From an uncultured Candidatus Kuenenia sp. (GTDB taxonomy: Bacteria; Planctomycetota; UBA11346), in NCBI GenBank assembly GCA_964654285.1, contig CAZZJC010000006.1, positions 67,288-131,287 of the forward strand: DNA of 64,000 nucleotides. The letters are read 5' to 3'. Numbering within the stretch: position 1 is the first letter of the stretch; each line of letters begins with the position of its first letter. The notes beneath the pieces were generated by a model. That model worked only from the letters and a program-made list of their open reading frames with translations. It had not been told where the DNA came from and made no database searches. The translations under genes were made by a program, and so were the position numbers. This document shows positions 27,128 through 34,180 of the stretch, one piece after another.

Positions 27128-27843
27128 TTAATGTTCCCGGGATAATCCATGAATCGGCCAGTGGACAGCGTTCGTGGCATGATATTAGACCTCTCCCTTG
27201 AAGGCCGGTTTGACAAAGTGATCAACTCAAGGTTGATTGATTGCACCAAGTGTTGAACTCTGCTTTCCGAAGTAGTGTCAATGATGGAAAGGTTCCGAGC
27301 CTTACATTCGGTTAATGTCTGGCACATCGTATCCAAACGCAATTCCGGCCGTTCCGGCTCTTCATACGGCGCATCGCAGCCGGTCAGGCCGGTCATCTGG
27401 CCGGCGCGGAAGCGGCGGTAGAGGCCCTTGGGATCGCGTTGTTCGCAGACGGCGAGGGGGGTGGCGACGTGGACTTCGATGAAGCGGCCAGCGGGGGCGG
27501 CAGCGCGGGCTTGGGCACGGCTGGCGGCGTAGGGGCTGATCAGGGCGACGAGGGCGATCAGGCCGGCGTCCGCGAACAGCGCGGCGACCTCGCCGGCGCG
27601 ACGGATGTTCTCCTGCCGATCGAAGGCGGACAGGCCGAGATCGCGGCAGAGGCCCTGGCGCAGCAGGTCGCCGTCGAGGACGTAGCAGGGCCGGCCCTGC
27701 GCCAGCAGGTCCGCCTCGACGGCGCGTGCGAGGGTGGTCTTGCCGCTGCCGCTCAGGCCGGTGAACCAGACGACCAGACCGGGTTGGCGTGGTGACGCGC
27801 GATCAGCGGATCCGCTGAGTGGCGGTTGGGGGAAATCAGGCAT
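27124..27843 (-). CDS. cysC: Adenylyl-sulfate (APS) kinase CysC with an atypical ~45-aa AT-rich C-terminal extension
   Basis: VVWFTGLSGSGKTTLA is the P-loop; YVLDGDLLRQGL and ...APYEEPERPELRLDT are canonical CysC blocks. The ORF continues about 45 codons beyond the usual C-terminus into low-GC DNA. Confidence 0.8.
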   Translation of the reverse strand: MPDFPQPPLSGSADRASPRQPGLVVWFTGLSGSGKTTLARAVEADLLAQGRPCYVLDGDLLRQGLCRDLGLSAFDRQENIRRAGEVAALFADAGLIALVALISPYAASRAQARAAAPAGRFIEVHVATPLAVCEQRDPKGLYRRFRAGQMTGLTGCDAPYEEPERPELRLDTMCQTLTECKARNLSIIDTTSESRVQHLVQSINLELITLSNRPSRERSNIMPRTLSTGRFMDYPGNIK

Positions 27844-27961
27844 GCGCTGAGATGATGTTGCGGTCTTGATGGTCGCAAGCTGTCAGGCGGTGAGATGAAC
27901 GGCGGATTCGGGATCGGTGGCCTGCTTGCGTTGCCTGCGCCTGTGGGAATGACAGCCGCCC

Positions 27962-28525
27962 ATGGCGACGCCCACGGTGACGACTTCCGGTGTGATGCTG
28001 GCTTGGCCCGACGGGTTTGCGGCGGCGTTGCCGCGCAGCGGGTGGGTGGTGGCGCATGCCAAGCCGCGCACCGAGAAGAAACTCGCCGAGGATCTGCTGC
28101 GCCTGGGGATCGCCGGGTGCCTGTTCCTGGAACGCCGCATCAAGCGTTATCCCGGCAAAGGGGTGCAGGAGAGCCAGGTGCCGCTGCTGGGCGGGTACCT
28201 GTTCGTGCACCTGGGCGAGGGCCGGGATCCCGAGCCGGTCTACCGCACCGAACGCGTGGTGCGGCTGATCCGGGTGCCGGATCCGGGCCGGCTGGCGGAT
28301 GATCTGGCGGCCCTGCAGCGGCTGATCGAGGGCGCGCAACGGCCGCTGGTGGTGCGGCCGGAACTGATGCCTGGCCAGGTCGTGACGATCGCCAGCGGCG
28401 TCTTTTCCGGCTGCCGGGGCGTGATCGTGCGGCGCGAAGGGGCGGCCGAGCTGGTGGTGAACATCGAGGCGCTCGGGCATTCGGTGGCGGTGCGGATGGG
28501 GGCCGACCTGGTCGGCACGGAATAG
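27962..28525 (+). CDS. NusG-family paralog (RfaH/UpxY/TaA-like transcription antiterminator)
   Basis: WVVAHAKPRTEKKLAEDLLRLGIAGCLFLERRIKRYPGKG...LLGGYLFVHL is an NGN domain. The C-terminal KOW domain is GQVVTIASGVFSGCRGVIVRREGAAELVVNIEALGHSVAVRM. An alternative start is at 27995. Confidence 0.75.
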   Translation: MATPTVTTSGVMLAWPDGFAAALPRSGWVVAHAKPRTEKKLAEDLLRLGIAGCLFLERRIKRYPGKGVQESQVPLLGGYLFVHLGEGRDPEPVYRTERVVRLIRVPDPGRLADDLAALQRLIEGAQRPLVVRPELMPGQVVTIASGVFSGCRGVIVRREGAAELVVNIEALGHSVAVRMGADLVGTE

Positions 28526-28579
28526 CTCGACGGCGTCCCCGTCCGCCGCCTGCGGCCGGGCCAGCCCGCGGCGTTGCGG

Positions 28580-29614
28580 TCAGCCCGCGGCGTTGCCGTC
28601 AGTCCAGACGCGCAGGCCCTGGCGGGCAAGGTAGAGCGGGATGACGGTGAAGCCGGCCTGGACGAGGTCGCGCAGCAGGGCGCGCTTGGCGTCGGAACGC
28701 GGGCCGCACAGCAGGGTGACGGAACCGCCGTCGCCGCCGGCGCCGTTGACCTTGCAGCCCAGGATGCTGTGGGCGGTGGCGATCGCGATGACCTTCTCGA
28801 AATCGGGGCCGACCAGGGCGGGATGCAGGGCGCGCTGGGCCTCGGTGTTCTCGTTCCAGACCCGGCCCAGTCCGGCCCAGTCGCCGCGCAGCAGGGTGTC
28901 CTTGGCGCGCAGGGCGAGGCTGCGGATACGTTCCAGGCGCGGATCCGCGTGCGCATCGGGGCCGAGGTGGCGGATGACCTCCTGGTGCACGGCCGATGAC
29001 TGGTGCGGCCGGCCGATATAGACCAGCGCCATGCGCCGTTCGAGTTCCCACCACAGGGCATTGGGCAGGTGGAGCGGCGACACCGACGCGTCCGGGAAGC
29101 GGGTCATCTCGATCAGGTTGACGCCGCCGTACGCGGCGCAGAGCTGGTCCTGGATGCCGCTCTGCAGGGAAAGATCCTCGGCCTCGATGCGGTGCGCCAG
29201 GCGGGCGATCTCGTAGGCGGTGAGGGTGCCCCCGGACAGGCGGTCGAGCGCGGCGATGATCGCGACCGATACCGAGGCCGAGGTGCCGGTGGACGCGCCC
29301 GGCGGCACCTCGCAGAAGAGGCTGACATCGATCGAGATGCGCTCCGGGACCTGGAGCCGGCGCAGGGCGCATTCCAGCAGCGGCAGCTTGTCGTAGGCGC
29401 GGTCGAGCTCCTCCATCGAGAAGCGCAGGCCGAAGTTCTCGGCGTGCACCGCGACCCGGGGCTGGTCGGGGCGGCGTTCGCGCGTGGTGATCTGGACTTC
29501 GACGTAGGGATAGACCGCGATGTTGCAGACCCGGCCATGACCGGCGAACCAGGTGTCGGTCCAGCCGCCGACGTCGGCGACGCGGATCGGGGCGACGGCG
29601 GTGATGGTGGTCAT
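28580..29614 (-). CDS. GHMP-family sugar kinase (HddA-like), copy 2 (about 89% aa identity to copy 1)
   Basis: MTTITAVAPIRVADVGGWTDTWF...CEVPPGASTGTSASVSVAIIAAL...KVNGAGGDGGSVTLL. GC is high throughout. It is embedded in the listed 487-aa ORF 28580..30043, whose N-terminal extension is spurious. Confidence 0.8.
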   Translation of the reverse strand: MTTITAVAPIRVADVGGWTDTWFAGHGRVCNIAVYPYVEVQITTRERRPDQPRVAVHAENFGLRFSMEELDRAYDKLPLLECALRRLQVPERISIDVSLFCEVPPGASTGTSASVSVAIIAALDRLSGGTLTAYEIARLAHRIEAEDLSLQSGIQDQLCAAYGGVNLIEMTRFPDASVSPLHLPNALWWELERRMALVYIGRPHQSSAVHQEVIRHLGPDAHADPRLERIRSLALRAKDTLLRGDWAGLGRVWNENTEAQRALHPALVGPDFEKVIAIATAHSILGCKVNGAGGDGGSVTLLCGPRSDAKRALLRDLVQAGFTVIPLYLARQGLRVWTDGNAAG

Positions 29615-29808
29615 GGGCGGTTTTCCTGGGGAAGGATCGAGCCTGCCGCCCGGCGGCGGTGAGGGAAGATGGCGTGCCAGGTCGCAGGCGCCGGGTACGC
29701 GCGATGGCGGCGATGCCGGAAACGCATCCGCCCCGGCCGCAACCGCGCCGGATCGCCCACCCGCTGCGTCGGGCGGTTGAGTCCCCCGGCGGGGGGCGAC
29801 ACTCGCCG

Positions 29809-30924
29809 ATGTCCATGTCCACGACCGCTGTCTCTCCATCGGCCGGATTGGCCACCGATCGCGCCACGCTCGCCGCCTGGCTGGCGTGCGAGGACGACGT
29901 CCGGCTGGAGGACCTCTGGGCGGCGGCCGATGCGGTGCGGCGCGAGCATGTCGGCGATGACGTCCACCTGCGCGGGCTGATCGAGATCTCGAACCACTGC
30001 GTGCGGCAGTGCGCGTACTGCGGCCTGGCGGGCAGTCGCGCACCGGAACCGGCCGGACCGCTGCCGCGTTATCGCATGACGCACGACGAGATCCTCGCCT
30101 GCGCGCACCAGGCGCGCGGGTACGGCTACGGCACGGTGGTGCTGCAAGGCGGCGAGGACTACGGCCTTACCGCCGACTGGGTCGCGGCGGTGGTGCGGGC
30201 GATCAAGGCCGAGACCGGGTTGTCGGTGACGCTCAGCCTGGGCGAGCGGCGCGAGGACGAATTGCAGGCCTGGCGCGCGGCCGGGGCGGATCGCTACCTG
30301 CTGCGCTTCGAGACCGCGAACCGGGACCTCTACCGCCGCATCCATCCGGATCTCGGCCGCGAGGTGTCCGACCGGCTGGCGCTGCTGCAGCGGTTGCGCG
30401 CGATCGGCTACGAGATCGGCACCGGCATCATGGCCGGCATCCCGGGGCAGACGTTCGCGGATCTGCTCGACGACCTGGAGACCTTCCGCCGGTTGGATCC
30501 CGACATGATCGGCATCGGGCCGTACCTGCCGCATCCGCAGACCCCGCTCGGCCGCGAGGCGATCGGCATCTTCGCCGACACGCCGGGGCAGGTGCCCTCC
30601 AGCGAACGGATGACCTGCATCCTGGTGGCGCTGACGCGGCTGGTCTGCCCCGAGGCGAACCTGCCCGCGACGACCGCGCTGGCGACGATCAACAAGCGCG
30701 ATGGGCGCGAGAACGGCCTGCGCCGGGGGGCGAACATCCTGATGCCGAACCTGACCCCGGTGCGCTATCGCGCCCTCTACGAGATCTATCCCGCCAAGGC
30801 CTGCGTCGACGAGACCGCGGAGCAGTGCCACGGCTGCCTGGACGGCCGCATCCGCGCGCTCGGCCGGGTGCCGGGGCGCGGGCCGGGCAGCCGGCGGCGG
30901 TCGCTGGCCGGGGGAGGCGCATGA
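29809..30924 (+). CDS. hydE: [FeFe]-hydrogenase maturase HydE (radical SAM, BioB-like)
   Basis: LRGLIEISNHCVRQCAYCGL is the CX3CX2C radical-SAM motif in a HydE-type context. VLQGGEDYGL and GANILMPNLTPVRYRALYEIYP are HydE-like C-terminal blocks. The start is placed at M51 of the listed ORF. The stop overlaps the hydG start (ATGA). Confidence 0.75.
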   Translation: MSMSTTAVSPSAGLATDRATLAAWLACEDDVRLEDLWAAADAVRREHVGDDVHLRGLIEISNHCVRQCAYCGLAGSRAPEPAGPLPRYRMTHDEILACAHQARGYGYGTVVLQGGEDYGLTADWVAAVVRAIKAETGLSVTLSLGERREDELQAWRAAGADRYLLRFETANRDLYRRIHPDLGREVSDRLALLQRLRAIGYEIGTGIMAGIPGQTFADLLDDLETFRRLDPDMIGIGPYLPHPQTPLGREAIGIFADTPGQVPSSERMTCILVALTRLVCPEANLPATTALATINKRDGRENGLRRGANILMPNLTPVRYRALYEIYPAKACVDETAEQCHGCLDGRIRALGRVPGRGPGSRRRSLAGGGA

Positions 30925-32366
30925 CCTCTGCCGCGATCGGCACCGACTTCATCGACGATGCGTATCTCGAAGGCCTGCTCGCTGAGACCCCGGCGGATCC
31001 CGGGCACGTGCGCGAGATCATCGCGAAAAGCCTGGCGAAGCAGGCGCTGACGGTCGAGGAGACCGCCGTGCTGCTGACCATCCGCGACCCCGCCCTCAAG
31101 GCCGAGATCCAGGAAGGGTCGCGCCGGCTGAAGCGCCAGGTCTACGGCAACCGCATCGTGCTCTTCGCGCCGCTCTACGTCGGCAATCTGTGCGTGAACG
31201 ATTGCACCTACTGCGGCTTCAAGCGCTCGAACCACGACGCGGTGCGCACCACGCTCGACCGCGACGCCCTGGTCAGCCAGGTGAAGGCCCTGGAGGACGC
31301 CGGGCACAAGCGCCTGATCCTGGTCTTCGGCGAGCATCCGCGCTACGACGCCGCATTCATCGCCGACAGCGTGCGCACGGTGTACGGGGTCACCAGCGGC
31401 GCGACCGGCGAGATCCGCCGGGTGAACGTCAACGCAGCGCCGTTCGACATCGACGGCTTCCGCACCGTGAAGGCGGCCGGCATCGGCACCTGGCAGGTCT
31501 TCCAGGAGACCTACCACCACGCGACCTACGCCGCGATGCATTCCGCCAGGCAGGACCGGCCGGCGCCCGGTGTGAATTCGGCGCAACGGCCCAAAAGCGA
31601 TTACCTCTGGCGCCTGTCCGCCTTCGACCGCGCGATGCAGGCGGGCATCGACGATGTCGGCCTGGGCGCGCTGTTCGGCCTGTACGACTGGCGCTTCGAG
31701 GTGCTCGGCCTCGTCCGCCATGCCCTGCACCTGCAGGAATGCTTCGGCGTCGGGCCGCACACCATCAGCTTCCCGCGCCTGCAACCGGCCTCGGGGGTCA
31801 CCCTCGACCCGCGCTGGGCGGTCTGCGACGACGACTTCCGCCACCTCGTCGCGGTACTGCGCCTCGCGGTGCCGTACACCGGGCTGATCCTGACCGCACG
31901 CGAACCGGTGGCGATCCGCAATGAACTGATGGAATTCGGGGTGAGCCAGATCGATGGCGGCACCCGCATCGGCCTCGGCGCCTACACCGCCGGCGACGAC
32001 GGGCAGCACCTCGAACGCGAGCAGTTCCGCATCGGCGACAGCCGCAGCCTGGACCAGGTCGTGCAGGAACTCATCGCCCGCCACGAACTGCCGAGCTTCT
32101 GCACCGCCTGCTACCGCCTCGGCCGCACCGGCGAGCATTTCATGGAGTTCGCCATCCCGGGCTTCATCAAGCGCTTCTGCACCCCGAACGCGCTCACCAC
32201 CTTGCAGGAATACCTCGTCGACTACGCCCCGCCGGACACTCGCGCCCAGGGCCAGGCCGTGATCGCGGCGGAACTGGCCCGCATGGAAGACGGCGACCTC
32301 AAGCGCGAACTGGTCGCGCGGCTTGAACGCATCCGCACCACGGCGGCGCGCGACCTGTATTTCTGA
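30921..32366 (+). CDS. hydG: [FeFe]-hydrogenase maturase HydG (radical SAM tyrosine lyase)
   Basis: YVGNLCVNDCTYCGFKRSN is a ThiH/HydG N-terminal radical-SAM motif. The C-terminus carries SFCTACYRLGRTGEHFMEFAIPGFIKRFC, a CX2CX22C motif that distinguishes HydG from ThiH. It is embedded in the listed 785-aa ORF, and the start is taken at MTSAAIGTDF. Confidence 0.8.
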   Translation: MTSAAIGTDFIDDAYLEGLLAETPADPGHVREIIAKSLAKQALTVEETAVLLTIRDPALKAEIQEGSRRLKRQVYGNRIVLFAPLYVGNLCVNDCTYCGFKRSNHDAVRTTLDRDALVSQVKALEDAGHKRLILVFGEHPRYDAAFIADSVRTVYGVTSGATGEIRRVNVNAAPFDIDGFRTVKAAGIGTWQVFQETYHHATYAAMHSARQDRPAPGVNSAQRPKSDYLWRLSAFDRAMQAGIDDVGLGALFGLYDWRFEVLGLVRHALHLQECFGVGPHTISFPRLQPASGVTLDPRWAVCDDDFRHLVAVLRLAVPYTGLILTAREPVAIRNELMEFGVSQIDGGTRIGLGAYTAGDDGQHLEREQFRIGDSRSLDQVVQELIARHELPSFCTACYRLGRTGEHFMEFAIPGFIKRFCTPNALTTLQEYLVDYAPPDTRAQGQAVIAAELARMEDGDLKRELVARLERIRTTAARDLYF

Positions 32367-32613
32367 GCCCAGCGGGGCTTGCGCCCCAGCCCGACTGCGC
32401 CGCTCTGCGGCTGGCATGCTGCGCATGTCCCCGCTGCGCGGGGATCGACCTGTGGCGACGGTGGCTGCGCCACCGAGTTCCGCTGCGCGGAACCAAGCCC
32501 GTCCCCGCTCGCTCGCTTCGCTCCTCGGGGGATTGCTCCTCGCGGGGCGCTGCCCCGCTACGCCCCGCCAGGGGCCCTCGCCCCTGGACCCGCACGGACC
32601 CAACCAGTGCGAA

Positions 32614-32636
32614 AGTTTGACTTCCTGAGTCAAACT
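32614..32636. promoter_or_regulatory. Perfect 8-bp inverted repeat (agtttgac-N7-gtcaaact), candidate MarR operator
   Basis: agtttgacttcctgagtcaaact lies about 115 bp upstream of the MarR-family gene that starts at 32751. Confidence 0.4.
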
Positions 32637-32750
32637 ACCTGCATTCAAGAACCCTAGCGCCGCCTCCGGCCTGCGGGCTGCGCAGCACGTGTCGAAGGTT
32701 GCCGTTTCGTTGTCTGGACGATATCCGTTGCAACGACTATTTAGCTGCCC

Positions 32751-33248
32751 ATGCCCGGGCTGCTGCAATCCGAACTCCGCCTGACGCGGCCGCTGCCCAG
32801 CGCCGAGGTCGAGGGCTACCTCAACCTCATGCGGACGGCCGAACTGCTGCGGCGGCAGGTGACCGAACTGCTGCGGTCCTCCGACCTGACCCCGGCGCAG
32901 TACAACGTCCTGCGCATCCTGGCTGGCGCGGGAGCGCGGGGGTGCTCGTGTGCGACCATGGCCGAACGGATGGTCCACTTCGATCCCGACGTGACCCGGC
33001 TGGTCGACCGCCTGGCGGCGCGCGGCCTGGCGCAGCGCGACCGCGATCCCGGCGATCGCCGCCTGGTCATCACCCGCATCACGGCCGAAGGTTCCGCGCT
33101 GATCGAGCGCCTGGCGCGACCGATCGCCGACCTCCACCGCCGCCAGTTCGCCGCCCTGGGCGGCGAACGCCTGCATATGCTCATCGTCGCGCTGGAAGAC
33201 CTCCGGCGCGATCGTGAATCCCAACCCCAACCCATGGAGAAACCATGA
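32751..33248 (+). CDS. MarR-family transcriptional regulator
   Basis: LTPAQYNVLRILAGAG...MAERMVHFDPDVTRLVDRLAARGLAQRDRDPGDRRLVITRITAEG is a winged-helix MarR core. Confidence 0.8.
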   Translation: MPGLLQSELRLTRPLPSAEVEGYLNLMRTAELLRRQVTELLRSSDLTPAQYNVLRILAGAGARGCSCATMAERMVHFDPDVTRLVDRLAARGLAQRDRDPGDRRLVITRITAEGSALIERLARPIADLHRRQFAALGGERLHMLIVALEDLRRDRESQPQPMEKP

Positions 33249-33832
33249 CCAGCCGCATCCTGTCCGCCCTCGCCCTCACCGGCTTCACCCTTGCCTCGGC
33301 CTCCGCTGCCGACCAGTACACCCTCGACCCGGTGCATACCTTCGCCCTCTTCAAGGTGCAGCACTTCGGCGCCGGCATCTCGGTCGGCCGCTTCGACACC
33401 GCCGGCGGCACCCTGACCTGGGACGCGGCGGATGCGTCGAAGAATGCGATCTCCGTCACCATCCAGGCCGACAGCATCAGCACCGGCAGCGATGAGGCGT
33501 CGAAGAAGCGCGACGGCCACCTGAAGTCGGCCGACTTCCTCAGCGCCAAGGAATTCCCCACCCTGTCGTTCAAGTCGACCGCCTTCACCAAGGTCGATGA
33601 CGCGACCTTCAAGGTCGATGGCGACTTCACCCTGCGCGGCAAGAGCAAGCCGCTGAGCATCACGGTGAAGAAGACCGGCCAGGGCAAGCTGCCCGCCGCG
33701 ATGGGCGGCAAGGACGTGGTCGGCTTCGAGACCGTGTTCACCATCTCGCGCAAGGATTTCGGCATGGAATACGGCGCCGGCGCGGTGGGCGATACGGTGA
33801 CGATCGAGTTCTATACCGAAGCCAATAAGTAA
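33245..33832 (+). CDS. YceI-family periplasmic polyisoprenoid-binding protein
   Basis: A signal peptide is followed by DQYTLDPVHTFALFKVQHFGAGISVGRF...FTLRGKSKPLSITVKK, the YceI family signature. ATGA coupling links it to marR. Confidence 0.85.
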   Translation: MTSRILSALALTGFTLASASAADQYTLDPVHTFALFKVQHFGAGISVGRFDTAGGTLTWDAADASKNAISVTIQADSISTGSDEASKKRDGHLKSADFLSAKEFPTLSFKSTAFTKVDDATFKVDGDFTLRGKSKPLSITVKKTGQGKLPAAMGGKDVVGFETVFTISRKDFGMEYGAGAVGDTVTIEFYTEANK

Positions 33833-33868
33833 GGACTCGCGCCAATACATCTGGCGCGTTCGGGTGCA

Positions 33869-33980
33869 GTAGCGCCGGCTTCAGCCGGCTCGGACGGCGG
33901 GCTTCAGCCCGCCAGCCAAGGCAGTAATAACGCTGGGGCGACTGAAGTCGCCCCTCCTTGCCGGCTGAAGCCGGCGCTAC
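33869..33980. repeat. Perfect 21-bp inverted repeat (gtagcgccggcttcagccggc ... gccggctgaagccggcgctac) separated by 70 bp, with internal smaller hairpins
   Basis: Read directly from the sequence. Both arms and the spacer contain GC stems with TTCAG/CTGAA loops (gccggcTTCAgccggc, ggcgggcTTCAGcccgcc, ggcgacTGAAgtcgcc). Confidence 0.85.
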
Positions 33981-34050
33981 GGCAAACCTGTTGAAAGCGT
34001 CAGTTATCAATGCGCGAGCCTTTAGTCGAACTCTGACGCAGTCGCTTGCG

Positions 34051-34146
34051 CCTGGGACCGCCGGTTTCCAACCGGCCGAAAGCCGTGAGATGCTGATCCG
34101 AGGGCTTTTCCTGGGTTCCTGCCGGTTGAAAACCGGTGGTCCCAGG
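34051..34146. repeat. 26-bp imperfect inverted repeat (cctgggaccgccggtttccaaccggc ... gccggttgaaaaccggtggtcccagg) separated by ~45 bp
   Basis: Read directly from the sequence; 24 of 26 positions are complementary. Each arm contains a ccgg-loop-ccgg mini-hairpin. Confidence 0.8.
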
Positions 34147-34180
34147 GAAGGCCAGCTTCATCCTGAGACAGGGATTGACC

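Noticed and set aside
27418-27429. ops-like element GGCGGTAGAGGC
   Set aside because: It lies inside the cysC coding sequence on the non-coding strand, far from any operon leader. It also differs from the 12-nt ops consensus in its 3' half, so it is most likely a chance occurrence in GC-rich DNA.
28599-29867. Alternative-frame ORFs (422 aa and 273 aa) overlapping GHMP kinase copy 2
   Set aside because: They are same-strand and opposite-strand frame shadows. The kinase frame carries GHMP motifs II and III and is 89% identical to copy 1.
30921-32366. Alternative call of ThiH (thiamine biosynthesis) for the second radical-SAM gene
   Set aside because: The C-terminal CX2CX22C motif (CTAC…22 aa…C) is characteristic of HydG and absent from ThiH. 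The gene is also coupled to a HydE-type protein rather than to thiGSF genes.
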